From the NCBI GenBank assembly GCA_023920165.1, contig CP089275.1, forward strand, positions 1,054,001 to 1,118,000: a stretch of 64,000 nt of DNA, in the 5' to 3' direction. The translations under genes were made by a program, and so were the position numbers. The stretch is from Curvularia clavata. Its lineage: Eukaryota. This document shows positions 1 through 11,720 of the stretch, piece after piece. Under the pieces are notes generated by a model. It did not search any database. It had not been told where the DNA came from and worked only from the letters and a program-made list of their open reading frames with translations. Within the stretch, counting starts at the first letter, position 1, and every line of letters begins with the position of its first letter.

Positions 1-3000
1 CTGTTATTCAGACCGCTTCTGGGCGTATCATCATGAAGCTCATCTTCAACCACTCTGTGATCGATGGAGGATCCCTTTCAATCATCGAAAACGATCTTCA
101 AGAAGCCTACGAAGGCCGTCTTTCTACTGAAAGTCCACTTTACAGCGACTATATCAAGTACCTGCGTGAGCTGTCTGCAGATGAGGCCATCGGATACTGG
201 AAAGCCAAACTTCGTGGTGTCACTCCATGCAATTTCCCTACAATGACACCAGGGGCAAAGAAGCAGAGACAACTAAGGTCGCTAGACATGCGGTTCAGTC
301 GCTTCGACGAGCTCCATGGACTTGCGGAGAGCTGCAGCGTTACATTTGCCAACATTTTCTTGGCTGCCTGGGCAATCATACTGCGTAAATACACCAAATC
401 TTCCGACGTATGCTACGGCTACCTTACTTCCGGGAGGGACGTGCCAGTCCAAAATGTCGCTAACGCCGTTGGGGCTTTCCTCAACATATTGGTGTCGCGT
501 GTCGAAGTCAGTCCGTTCAACCAAGTTCTTCAGATCGTCCAAAAGGTGCAGTCCGACTTCATCGATTCTGCACCCCATCAACATTGCTCTCTCGCCCAGT
601 TCCAACATGACTTGGGATTGTCCAACAAGGCTCTTTTCAATACTGCTGTTTCCATTCAAAAGCGCAGTGACCTGGATGATGAGGCACCATCAAGATCATC
701 TATTGAGTTTGAGCAACTGGATGGTCATGATCCCAGCGAATTCGCCATCACAGTCAATATCGATGCTACCCGGAATGATGAGGGCGTGCGATTCACTTAC
801 TGGGATGATGCCGTGACAGAAGAAGAGATAAAGAACGTCTCAAAGCTGATGTCGACAATCCTTGTTCAAGCTCTGAGCGATATCAAGCAGAGTGTTGGAA
901 TCTTGGACGGTGTTATCAATGAACCCCTGGTGAACGAAACTAGAGCCCGCCTGGTGCCCCCAACATTACCTGCAGCCAATCCCCAGTCTGCTACGAACCT
1001 TGGGAGCCCGCCGACATCGCCTCTTACACCTCGAATAGCTCTCCCGGATATCTCTGCAACATCTCCTCCACCAGCCCAGACACCAGATTGGAATAACCTC
1101 ATTCGTTCCATTGTCAGCGAGATGGTGCCTCAGATCGTCAATCAGATCGTCGCTCAGAACAAACTTACTGTAGAAACGACATCTTCTACTATCGATCAAA
1201 TGACCACGCAGATGACGGGCCTGCTTAGTAGGAAAGCATCCACATATCATCATCGTGTTCGTGCCAGTCTTGACGGTCAGATCCCTCCCCCAGGCTCCAA
1301 TCGAGCAGAGTCTATTCGTTCTCGGCGCATGAGCCTCGTCAGCAACTCGGAAACCCGAATTCAAACAGCTGCCGACATGGTTGCTACTCTGGGCGCATAC
1401 GCCACCGAGAAATCACCCAAGGTGGCCCCAGACTTTGTAGAGAAGAAACTCCTCACCTTGTGGAGTGAGTTGCTGGAAATGGTAGAAGAGTCTATTGAGC
1501 AAGATCACAGCTTCTTCCAACTGGGAGGCGACAGTATTATTGCTATGCGGCTCGTTGGAGCTGCAAGGGAGGAAGGGCTGTCAATGACTGTCGCTGACGT
1601 GTTCAAGAACCCTACATTTTCCGACATGGCTCGCGTAGTACGTGTCGCGGGTGAAGTTATTGATGAGGTGATGTCCCGAGCTGGTGGCGAATCAGTGATG
1701 GGTGATGGAGATGTCGGAGAGCAGTCTAAGCATCGAGCTCGGGGATCTCGCGGAAGAGCAGCATCTATTTGGAGTGACATGCAGTCCGTTGCATCGGAGC
1801 TCCGAATCGACTTACAAGGACTAGTTCCCAACGATCAAATATCCCAGGATGGATCCGAAGTCGTAAGGAACGACACGAACTTCAGCAAGTGGCAAGGCTT
1901 CTCATCCCCAACTCACGAACGGCCATCATCGCCACGCAAAGCAACATACAAGACGACCCCAATACCCCAAACTGTTCACGAAGGAGTTGAAAGCTCTAAC
2001 GTCAAGTCTGTATCCCTTCTCGGCGATCCCAATGTCGACAGTGTCATTTCCAAGGTGCAGGTTTTCAAGGGCGGCATTTCAGACGTCTTTCCGGTCACGG
2101 ATTTCCAAGCTCTCGCTATCACCGGATCTCTCATGGAATCCAAATGGATGCTGAACTATTTCTATTTGGACGGACCTGGACCGCTGGACCTTCGCAAGCT
2201 GAAGCAAGCCGCCTACCGTACCGTGCAGGCTTTTGACATCCTACGCACTGTCTTCGTGCCTTATGGTGATCGCTTCCTACAGGTCGTCCTGCGGAAGTTA
2301 CAACCTGAGTTCATCTACGAGCAGACTGATGATGATCTCGATACCTTCACCAAACGATTGCAGCAGCGAGACCGTGAAATGGGTCCACGGGTTGGCGAAG
2401 CTTTCATACAGTTTGTTGTCGCAAAGCAGAAGCAGACAGGATCCCACCGGGTTTTCATGCGACTTTCACATGCTCAGTACGATGGAGTATGCATGTCAAA
2501 GATACTGGTCGCTCTTCAGGACGGCTACAATGGACTCCCAGTCTCATCTGCCCCAAGCTTTGGCAACTTCGTCCGAGAAACCGCCAAGACAGTGAATGGA
2601 GCTCATAGCCACTGGAGGGAATTGCTAAAGGGGTCTAAGATGACCGAGATCGTCCCTCGCTTCGGTCCAAATTATCAACGCGCGGCCGGTAGTTCCATCA
2701 CACTGGATAGGAAAGTGACTTCACCATCCTTGAAACGTTACGATATCACAAGTGCCACAGTTGCTAAGGCAGCCTGGGCTTCGACTCTTGCTCGTATTGC
2801 CAATAAGTCTGACGTTGTCTTCGGACACGTAATCTCTGGTCGTAATGGCAGCGTCGCCAACATCGAGAATATCGTGGGACCTTGTCTGAACATGGTGCCA
2901 GTGCGTGTCAAGTACCAATCCGAATGGTCTGTCCTTGACCTACTCCAAAATATCCAAGAGCAGCAAATTTCCAATATGGCATATGAGTCTCTCGGATTCC

Positions 3001-3836
3001 GCGAGATCACTCGTCACTGCACAGATTGGCCAGACTGGACAAACTTCTCAAGCATTCTCCAGCACGACCAGGGTGCTCAGGCTACCCATCAAACTATGCA
3101 ATTAGGCGGCATCGAGTACACTGTCGGTGCTCTTGGATCTCAGGAAGACTTTGCGGATCTTTCTATACACACGATCGCTCGACCCGGCAATGAGATGGAA
3201 ATTCGCTTAACATATGCTCCAAACAGTACCATTACTCCGGAATTCGCCCAGAATGTTTTCGACATGCTTTGCGCCAATGTCATTGCATTCTCGCGCGATC
3301 CACGGGATCTACTGCCGTCGCCTGCCGAGCTCAATTCGCAAGGCTCAACAAAGGTCAATCCAGAGAAGACGCGCAAGAGATCAGCAGAAAAGCATCCCAT
3401 TTCCTTACCAACAGACACCGGTCTCACACAGATTGAGACCCACAATGTTGCTGAAACACTGCGCACTGCATGGGAGCAAATCCTCCATGACGAAAATGGT
3501 TTGCCCGCATCAATCGAACTAGCTTCCGACTTTTTCGATCTTGGTGGCGACATCATGGGCCTCGCGCAGGTCGCATCTATCCTTGACCAAGAAGGTTACA
3601 AAGTGCGTGTTGAGGATCTTATTGATCAGTCTGTCTTCTTCGACCAAATAGGTATTCTAGCTGCTGAGCGAAAGAAGCAGATCGAACTGGAGTCACAGAA
3701 CCCTTGGGGCGATAAGGGCAGGCTGAAGGTTGAGGAAAGGCCAAAGGAAAGGAGAGGTAGTGCATTGGGCTCACTGGCGAAGAAATTTGGTTTTGGTAGG
3801 AAAGAGAGCTCAAAGGACTTGCGAAAGGCGCCCTGA
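1..3836 (+). CDS. Non-ribosomal peptide synthetase, 3' part (C-T-C-T terminus; Pes1/NPS4-like), 5'-truncated by the window
   Basis: The frame is open from the window start. It contains condensation motifs NHSVIDG and SHAQYDG, carrier motif FFQLGGDSIIAMRL (~1510-1550), and a terminal carrier-like DFFDLGGDI (~3530-3555). No A domain lies inside the window. Confidence 0.93.
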   Translation, partial: VIQTASGRIIMKLIFNHSVIDGGSLSIIENDLQEAYEGRLSTESPLYSDYIKYLRELSADEAIGYWKAKLRGVTPCNFPTMTPGAKKQRQLRSLDMRFSRFDELHGLAESCSVTFANIFLAAWAIILRKYTKSSDVCYGYLTSGRDVPVQNVANAVGAFLNILVSRVEVSPFNQVLQIVQKVQSDFIDSAPHQHCSLAQFQHDLGLSNKALFNTAVSIQKRSDLDDEAPSRSSIEFEQLDGHDPSEFAITVNIDATRNDEGVRFTYWDDAVTEEEIKNVSKLMSTILVQALSDIKQSVGILDGVINEPLVNETRARLVPPTLPAANPQSATNLGSPPTSPLTPRIALPDISATSPPPAQTPDWNNLIRSIVSEMVPQIVNQIVAQNKLTVETTSSTIDQMTTQMTGLLSRKASTYHHRVRASLDGQIPPPGSNRAESIRSRRMSLVSNSETRIQTAADMVATLGAYATEKSPKVAPDFVEKKLLTLWSELLEMVEESIEQDHSFFQLGGDSIIAMRLVGAAREEGLSMTVADVFKNPTFSDMARVVRVAGEVIDEVMSRAGGESVMGDGDVGEQSKHRARGSRGRAASIWSDMQSVASELRIDLQGLVPNDQISQDGSEVVRNDTNFSKWQGFSSPTHERPSSPRKATYKTTPIPQTVHEGVESSNVKSVSLLGDPNVDSVISKVQVFKGGISDVFPVTDFQALAITGSLMESKWMLNYFYLDGPGPLDLRKLKQAAYRTVQAFDILRTVFVPYGDRFLQVVLRKLQPEFIYEQTDDDLDTFTKRLQQRDREMGPRVGEAFIQFVVAKQKQTGSHRVFMRLSHAQYDGVCMSKILVALQDGYNGLPVSSAPSFGNFVRETAKTVNGAHSHWRELLKGSKMTEIVPRFGPNYQRAAGSSITLDRKVTSPSLKRYDITSATVAKAAWASTLARIANKSDVVFGHVISGRNGSVANIENIVGPCLNMVPVRVKYQSEWSVLDLLQNIQEQQISNMAYESLGFREITRHCTDWPDWTNFSSILQHDQGAQATHQTMQLGGIEYTVGALGSQEDFADLSIHTIARPGNEMEIRLTYAPNSTITPEFAQNVFDMLCANVIAFSRDPRDLLPSPAELNSQGSTKVNPEKTRKRSAEKHPISLPTDTGLTQIETHNVAETLRTAWEQILHDENGLPASIELASDFFDLGGDIMGLAQVASILDQEGYKVRVEDLIDQSVFFDQIGILAAERKKQIELESQNPWGDKGRLKVEERPKERRGSALGSLAKKFGFGRKESSKDLRKAP

Positions 3837-4220
3837 TTGGCTTGGAAGTAGTATACAAATTGTCGAGATTTTCTGTTAGGAGTCATGGCACGGTTCACGG
3901 GATCTCAAGGCTGCTTTGTTAGTTACTGTTGCTTTCGCTTTTGCATCATCTTTGTTACTCCACACTCTTTTCAGATATTTCGGTTTTGTTAGTCTGGCGT
4001 TGGGTTGATTTCATTCAGGACAAGAATAGGCGTCCAGGTTGTCATAGTTGTCGTCATCTACGCCAGTTACAATGAATAATCTCATTTGTTCAAAGAACGT
4101 TCATGATCCCCTAACTGTAGATCTCAGCCCAGTACCAAAGATTCGCTGGTCACGTAATTTAGATGTGAGTACCAGGTCAGGGACAACATTCTTGATTGAG
4201 ATAACTACTTCAAAGTGCAA

Positions 4221-5531
4221 TTAATCTTCACTACCATCTTGTTGCTGCTCATCAGCAGGCTTGTGACCGTGTCCCTCAATATCCTCCATATCCTCATCCA
4301 TACCCGGCCACAGCACCTTCTTCTCCAAGACGCCTTTCACATTGAGTATCGCGACCCAAATCCAAAGGATGACAAGTATAATGGTCATGGCACTACACAC
4401 GCCCTTGATACCTGGGCTATCTAACGCCTTGGCGATCCAAATGAGCGCAATCGTCATTCCTGCGTTGGGGAAGATGAAGCCCCAATGGTTTAGGGTAAAG
4501 CGCGATTGCTTGATGCTGATGATGATGCTGACCGTCGCGATGGCACTGAACCAGAAGGAAATAAGCCAGAAGAATATTCCTACAATCACACCGAAGACCT
4601 TGATGACGTCGGCAACGGGAAAGGACGTGATACCCAGGAAGTTGTCTGGTATGTGTCCAGGGGCTTGAATGCCGAGTGCAACGCAGGCATTAGATGTGTA
4701 GGCAGCTGGACCAACAGCAACGTACATGCCTGGGCGCTTCGGAATCTCAGGTAAATTGCTGTTCACAAGGCGAGTGAAGTAGAGGGTGAGCATCAGAAAT
4801 GCAATCGTCCAGCCCAGCCCTTGGAAAGTAACACTACCAATGAATATTCTGTAGCCAGCTTCGGGTGGCTGGCTCTTCAGTAGGGTACTGCCAAGGACAC
4901 CCAGGATTAGGAACGGATAAATTGGCAAGATCCATGAGGGCATGGCATCAGCGACCGGAAGTTCTCTTCGGTCAAATATGACGTGATACTGGAAGACACC
5001 GACTAGTATGACGATGGCAGCGTAGATCCAATAAAGTATTTCCAGCGTCTTAATCAGCCAAGGTCCACTCGAAGGAACGCCGTATAGCTCCATGCAGTAA
5101 ATAATGAGTGCAATACTGACGAAATAGGCGCCGAAGAAGAAGCTTTCGTGAGGATGATGCAAGCTTAGCTTCAACGAACCGCGGTTATGGATGAAGCGGT
5201 AGGAGATGCATGCGGTAAAGAAGAGGAAAAGGACGATATCCAGGATATAGAATATCTTTCCTATTGTCTTGAGGCCTGTGAAGCTATACGGCTGTTGGCC
5301 AAGAAGCGTGGCAAGGGCTCCAGTCGACATGGTACACTCGAACCAAGACCAGGTAAAATGATCTAAACGCCTTTTCCATGGTAGGTGAGTTGGATTGTAA
5401 TTCTCCCTTTGGGCGGGCCTGGGTCGTCGTTTGATCGGCCGAGAACGTGAGGAAGAATTCATATTGCTGGTATTGCCGTCGGAGACTAACGAAGTAGTCG
5501 ATCCAGAAGTCGAGGGCGACGAGGCATGCAT
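4221..5531 (-). CDS. TDT/SLAC1-family C4-dicarboxylate (malate)/sulfite transporter, Mae1-like
   Basis: Intronless 436 aa ORF with ~10 hydrophobic segments and the motifs HFTWSWFECTMSTG, HHPHESFFFG, WGFIFPNAG. Confidence 0.88.
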   Translation of the reverse strand: MHASSPSTSGSTTSLVSDGNTSNMNSSSRSRPIKRRPRPAQRENYNPTHLPWKRRLDHFTWSWFECTMSTGALATLLGQQPYSFTGLKTIGKIFYILDIVLFLFFTACISYRFIHNRGSLKLSLHHPHESFFFGAYFVSIALIIYCMELYGVPSSGPWLIKTLEILYWIYAAIVILVGVFQYHVIFDRRELPVADAMPSWILPIYPFLILGVLGSTLLKSQPPEAGYRIFIGSVTFQGLGWTIAFLMLTLYFTRLVNSNLPEIPKRPGMYVAVGPAAYTSNACVALGIQAPGHIPDNFLGITSFPVADVIKVFGVIVGIFFWLISFWFSAIATVSIIISIKQSRFTLNHWGFIFPNAGMTIALIWIAKALDSPGIKGVCSAMTIILVILWIWVAILNVKGVLEKKVLWPGMDEDMEDIEGHGHKPADEQQQDGSED

Positions 5532-6621
5532 TTGTTATGTTGAGTGCCAAGGAGTTCCGCTACACGACGAAGCAAATGCCATGGTTTCTTGAGGACAATT
5601 AGCAATTTCCCATCTAGAGCCAAGACACAGATCAAAAATCAAGGCGTCATAACTATAATGGGTGTGGGTTTGCAGTCCCGAATGCAGTATAGTCATGGTC
5701 GATCATGGTGAAGGTCAAGCGAGACGAAGAGTGTGATCCATGAATACTGGAGCCTCACAGATCTTGGTGCGACATGATGACAGCCTCCTGCAGAATCATG
5801 GCTAGAAGTATTCTGGGTATTATCTCGGGATCAAGTGCGATGGGCTCAATTACGACGATCGCAGTCACAATGACCCCATGACAGGTGATGTTTCGATGAC
5901 GTAGCAAACCTTGCTAGCGTAACTCTCGCGAATGCGGCAGATCATCAGCCAGCTTTTCTACTCCATGCTTTGTCAAGTGAATCTCGTTGATATTGGGCTT
6001 TATTTTATTTCTGGGAAGGTGGCTAGAGTCCAGGAACCGTCGCTTTTGGAACACAACATTGTGGTTCGGAGCTTGCACCATGCATACGCTAACGGCAGTT
6101 TAATGCGACATGGCCCATAGAATTGCAACAGACACAGATAGTTCCATCCAAGTTAAATTAAAACTATGACTAGATCTTTCAATGCCCTACGCTTTCGTCT
6201 ATACCTTAGATATAATTAACGGTCACTTGTGGCGTTGCAGGGTCCACGCCCATCCAGGTATCGAACCTGAGCAAGTCCACTATACTTATCCAGTGTCTAT
6301 TAGCTCTCATAACAACCATCCTTGCGCACTTCTAATTTTTAATTAGTCGCTTGCGCCTTTTGGGTGGACCGGAACTATTGCACCGTTATTCTCGTCAATT
6401 TCAAGTGTATGGCCCCCATGCAGACTATACATTCAGCACACGTCAAACAAGCGACCGGAACAATAATCAGCGCCAAATGGGAAGCAAAACTTGCTGTTTG
6501 TTGTGACTATAACAAAAGAATTTATCGAATATATACATAGAGAAAGTAAAGAGTGTGCTTTTATCCTCCAAGACGAAGCCATAACACAGCCCGCTGGGTA
6601 CAAGTGTTAAAAACGTGTTGC

Positions 6622-7401
6622 TTAGGCATAGTTGGTAGTGGCCTTGGTGTACTTGTTGGAAGTCATATCGACATCCTCGATTACGACCTGGCTGCCAGTA
6701 TCGGAAGTGACCCTGACCCACGCAGTCTTTGTGTTGGTACCGCCGTTTCCAGGAAGTGTGAAGAAGTTGTTGATGTTACGAGTAGTAGCCTTCCATGTCT
6801 TTCCACTATCGCTGGAGACCTCCAACTTTGCAGTGTGCAGCGTGGCGTTGATGACGGTTGCGGCGAACCACCACTGAGAAGCACCGCCGTGCATGCGGAT
6901 CTCAAGCGGATCGGCGATCGGGCATGCCACATACCTCCACTGTGTGTTAATCTCGCCAAGGCCCTTGTCAGCGAGCTGGGAGAACATGTCGGGCGAGAGA
7001 TCCAAGTGGACGGAGTCACCCCCGGTCTTGTTAGTAATCTGTCGTGCTGTAAGTATCATTGCCAATACAGTGCTTTCAAGGGACTCTCTTACCATAGCAA
7101 TCTTCTTCTGACCCTTGTATGTGATTTCGACACAGGCGCCGCAGTGGTATGAGCTGTTCCAGATCACTTCGGAAACGCAAGTTGATCCGTCAATGGTGGC
7201 AGGGAGCGTGTAGTCGACGAAGGCGCAGGCACCATTTTGCCAGCACGACTCTTCTCCGCAAGTCTTTCCGTACCAGGTGGTATCACCGTTGAAAACCTCT
7301 CCAGCATCAGCCGTGGATGAGGTGTTAGGAAGAGCTGCAGAAGAAGCAAAGGACGCCAGAGCCAAGATGGCTGCTGCGCAGGTAGAAACGAATCGCACCA
7401 T
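6622..7401 (-). CDS. Secreted expansin-like protein (DPBB/RlpA-like domain + CBM63-like domain)
   Basis: Signal peptide MVRFVSTCAAAILALASFASS. Motifs GDTTWY, GACAF, CGACVEI, HLDLSPDMF, WRYVACP and an aromatic-rich C-terminal domain. One 54-nt GT..AG intron at 7039-7092. Confidence 0.88.
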   Translation of the reverse strand: MVRFVSTCAAAILALASFASSAALPNTSSTADAGEVFNGDTTWYGKTCGEESCWQNGACAFVDYTLPATIDGSTCVSEVIWNSSYHCGACVEITYKGQKKIAMVRESLESTVLAMILTARQITNKTGGDSVHLDLSPDMFSQLADKGLGEINTQWRYVACPIADPLEIRMHGGASQWWFAATVINATLHTAKLEVSSDSGKTWKATTRNINNFFTLPGNGGTNTKTAWVRVTSDTGSQVVIEDVDMTSNKYTKATTNYA

Positions 7402-8708
7402 TTCGGGAATACGGTTTAGTTGTGGGGTTAAATAAACGAGTGACTGGGATGACTGCCGAAGGAATGAATAGATGGGTGAGTGAAACAACCAAGTCTGGAG
7501 AAAATGCTTGATTATATGCTTGGCTTTATAAAGTATTCAAGATGTATGTCTTGGTAATTAGGGGGACGGGGAATCTGAGAGCCTCCAGATAAGCGAGATG
7601 ATGGAGCTAATCCCTGCAAGGTGGTAGGTGATCGTTTCATGTTTACCATCGTGTGATAGGGCCGCAAATACATACTCGTCATCTTCTTGCGAAGATGGGG
7701 CACAAACCTAGGAGGCTGTGGTGGAATGCGCCCACAATAGGACCTAATGGAATGACTACAGAGAGTGCACGGAATACCTTCTAAGACTTTGTCGGCTAGT
7801 CTTATTGCATCCGTCTCATATTTTTTCCGATCCCTCCACATCGTAGATTAGAATGACGTTCCTTTCATTTAAGTACCATGCATTTCTCAACGCCACACAT
7901 TTGGAGATGAGACGTCTCTTGCGAGTGTCAAAATCTAACTTCGTAAGAGGCAACACAATACATGGATTTGAGCGGTGCTGCTGCATCCTAGAAGATACGG
8001 TGGAGTTGCTGTATGATGTTGCTTCTCTGTTGCCAGGTAGCGCCTGAATGCAATACAATCTCTGATCCTGTATGACACACTAACAAAAACATTGTTCACT
8101 TAGAGCTCAAAAACTGATCAGCACTGACTCTTTTGTTTCAGACATCGGAAAGATATGATTAAAGTAGTTCCGGCCCACCCGTTCTGACCCACTTGATGAA
8201 AATGCCGAAATAGTACCGAAGCACAGACAGGTCTAGCCTTTGCCTCTACCTACCGTCTCCATGCTTGTCGCACGTATGCGTTCGATGCCGCGTTCTATAC
8301 AAACTTCTCGTCGAAGCAGAATCAACCTTGCTATCGAATCCTATCATAATTAACAATTGTCCACGCTCTGCGAAAGATCCCATGATGTGGCAGAATCAGT
8401 CGACTTCTCAAACTCGTCTCCACAACGCCCAGCCATGGTCAGAGATAGTACGGAGTAGCAGACAATCATACAAGCGCTGGCATACAACTCAACTGCTCTA
8501 ACTTAGCCTGTTAATGGAGACGTATACTAAGCAGTCGACCGGTAAAACTGGAGAATGATAGATTTGATCTGAGTCTGAGCTTGCAATACAGCGGGCACTG
8601 GTAGTAGATGATAGTATCATATTCTAACAGCTTCCACTTCGTCAGCGTTTGTTGTTCTCAGATGTTATAATATCATATATTTGACGCTACTACGTTACTC
8701 CAGGATGC

Positions 8709-9924
8709 CTAGTATTGGCTTTGACGGACGAGCCAGTCAACAGCGGGTCGGAAGACTTCCAAATGCAAATCTCCGTGAACTTCCGCTCCTATGTCAAAAC
8801 CATGATTCTTTCCAGGTAGCAAGGCTTCTGCATGAGGGGTGTTCTGCTGTGCAAGTGCTTGGGCGAAATTTTCTAAATGGGATGGCTCGAATAAGTCATC
8901 ATCTGCACCTAAGATTTGGTATGTTGGTGGATACTTGATTCCGGATGCAAGATGAAGGGGACCTACACAGATTCGACTAATCAGCAACGCTCTACACACT
9001 GCCACAAGATATTCTGTGACCAGAAATATAACGTTGACTAAACTGTATATTCACTTACTTATTGACTCAATTTCTTCTTGCGAGATTTCTTCCGGATTTG
9101 GCCAACGTAGTTCTGGTACGCCAAGGTCGCTGAGTGGGAATTTACATAGCCCTCGCAGCAAGAAAGGCGTAGTGATGCCAGTCCGGAACATATATATCCC
9201 GAGCAGATTCCGTGGATTTAACCACTCCTCTTGGCTCTTGCATACTGGCGTTTGCGTCAGAGGTGACTCAAAATTGAAGATGTCGCGTGAGGTGTCAAGA
9301 TGAGGCTCATTCACATCGAGCTGCGCCAGCAGTCCTTTGTTAAGAAAGGAAATGTTGTGCAGATCTGTTGGCCCGTAGATGCTAAGAATAGCAGTAGGTT
9401 GCTTATGCCATAATTTTGCCTGCGAACAATCAACGACGAAACGATCATTTTAAGAGGTGGATTCGAATAGATCTCGTAGAGTTGCGGGTATTACCTACTG
9501 TCAATAAAGCTAACAACGCTCCTGCGGAAGATCCAGCCACGATGATGTTCGTGACAATGTCGCTGAAGCCAATTTCTCTGGGCAGAATATGTCGTAACCA
9601 GTGTTCAAGATCGCGGATATCTTCCAATTGTCCGTCGACAAATGGGCTCTCTGGGAGAAGCCGATAGTCCGCTGAAGCGACGTGATAGCCGCGCTGGCGG
9701 AACTCCCAGAACAAGGGCTGAGGGTAGTCCAAACGATTACCAGCGATCCAAGACCCACCATGAAAGAACAGAAGCACACTGGGAGATCCTGGATTGCTTT
9801 TGTCGCTAGGTTCTTGGCTCTTCCCTGAGATGGGGAATGGCGCATAGATGTCGACTTCGATGGCTACATTCTTGATGGTTTTGTATATGAAAGTTTGTTT
9901 GTCGTCGCTAATAGCATGAGACAT
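8709..9924 (-). CDS. Alpha/beta hydrolase (HSL/Abhydrolase_3-like esterase), 3 exons
   Basis: FFHGGSW oxyanion motif, DYRLLPE, nucleophile elbow GSSAG, acidic residues in GADDDLF and catalytic His in NHGFD. Two GT..AG introns join the three ORF pieces. Confidence 0.85.
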
Positions 9925-10449
9925 AACTAGGTTGCAAGTGAAGCAATGCGTCGTGGTGGGGTTCGCGGGAACCCTACGTGCGCGGAAAGTATATGTTGGA
10001 GCCTAGTGCTGACGCCGGGGAGGCCGACCTAAAACACGAAACCCGGATCACGTGGTGGCCGTCTGGAGCGGCTGCAGGCAGACTGGGATGGTATTACGGT
10101 TCACACCGGCTTCTGCAGGTACTTGGGGCTCTTTCAAGTTTGGTAACGTACGATAACAGAGTCTGTTTATATTACTGCGAGTACTATAGATGGAGATAAC
10201 ATATGGATTATCTTTAAATAGTCATAGCTGAAAACCCGCTTCTTTTATCATTGCTCCCTGGTATTGTCGAGATTACTGCTATCAGCGCCTTATAGCATTT
10301 CTAGCGGTAGAGTCTTTAGCCAGCAAAAGACTATTAAGATGACGTGAGCAAAGTTATTCTGTATCGCCCAGCGGGTCCTCGTCTGGCACGAGTACTTTTA
10401 GCCTAAATAAACAACGCTGTTCCATGAACATCTCCGAAGACAACCGTTC

Positions 10450-10709
10450 ACCCTGCTGGAAAGAATAGCGCGACTCAGCACCAACCAAAATCACTACCAA
10501 AACCACCAACTGCTGTAAGGTCCTTACTTCCCAAGTCTACAACGCTACCCCACGATGATAAACATGTGAAAAATCCTCAAAAATGTCGTTATAATATCTA
10601 GTCAAACATTTGTACGTTTTGAAAAAAATACAAGAATGTAGAACAAGAGAGACGTGTAATGAACATTAATCAAGGCATTTCTAAGCCGCGCTATACTTTC
10701 CAACAGGGT
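10450..10709. mobile_element. MITE-like non-autonomous DNA element (~260 bp)
   Basis: Imperfect terminal inverted repeats: 10451-10478 matches the reverse complement of 10681-10708 at 24/28 nt. The interior is AT-rich and non-coding. The 9-mer acaaccgtt lies on both sides (10440-10448 and 10716-10724). Confidence 0.7.
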
Positions 10710-11720
10710 CTCTCAACAACCGTTATTCCACTTATACTTCGCTGCCTCTATCGCTACCCGTCACCCTGCTGCAAATCAGTTCCAGAATGACAATAGTGGC
10801 GTTACCATGACTCCCCCGCCACCGCTACCCACGGGTTCAAGTCGCAGCTCGGCAGCGTGAGGCAGCCAGGCATCTAGTATTCGACTGTGGCCTATGGTCT
10901 GATGGCTTGCACAGTTCGACCTGACTTTTCTCGACGACGAAAAGGCTAGGACGTTGTCCATAGCTATGCGCTCAGTACACTGCTTGGTCCCGCAGTCTCT
11001 GAGCACTCATCGCAGAGCTAGATGAAGAACGCACTGGGATGTCGTACCTCTTAAGTTATTACAGCATCATGATTGACGATGATCCAGGCAAGAAACGGGT
11101 CCAGTTGTCATCGCCAGCCCCTGTGGGCCCGCCTGCTGCTTCCCATGCAGGTGCTTATTCTTCCGACCACACAGCTGACCACCGCATACTGCAGACACGC
11201 GATGAAATTCTCACCACTTCAAACCCTGGCCATTTGGACGAAGGGCCTCACAATTGAGAACATACCCAAAGAGCCATTGCAGGGGGACATTGAAAAGCCG
11301 GCGAAAGATGTTCGAACACAAGCGGCGAGCTTGACCCCAAATGCCAAAAGCAAGCCGGCTCCATCGTAGCCGACACCCCAAGAACTCATCCAGTTTGGTT
11401 GTGCCCCGGCTCATATTCATCAGACAAGAAACATCTTCCATATGGAGAAAAATCCAGATACAAATCTCGTTGAGAGAAGCACTGAGTGCCACTGCGATTA
11501 TTTCAAGTTGTATACATCAATTGGAAAGAAGAAATACCGTGGCATACACATTGCGCCGAAAAGTAACATTGTGCACTTGGTGTTGTCAACGAGCTCAATC
11601 CATCTTAACACTACAATAAACAACAATCTATCAACACACCACTAGATTAGCAATAGCTAGTATACGATGGGGGGGGGGGGGGGGGGAAGCTAGTAGTTCC
11701 AACGTATAATGAAACTGTCT

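Noticed and set aside
64..3898. Numerous antisense and alternate-frame ORFs overlapping the NRPS and other real genes
   Set aside because: Shadow ORFs of coding sequence with no independent motifs.
7039..7092. Apparent 18-aa insertion in the expansin-like protein
   Set aside because: Explained as an in-frame GT..AG intron, not a novel domain.
10808..11645. Patchwork of short plus-strand ORFs that look coding-like
   Set aside because: Several stops and frame changes and no motif; it may be a pseudogene but cannot be supported.
11669..11686. G18 homopolymer downstream of the 11721 gene
   Set aside because: Simple repeat whose length may be a sequencing artefact; nothing supports a functional G-quadruplex.
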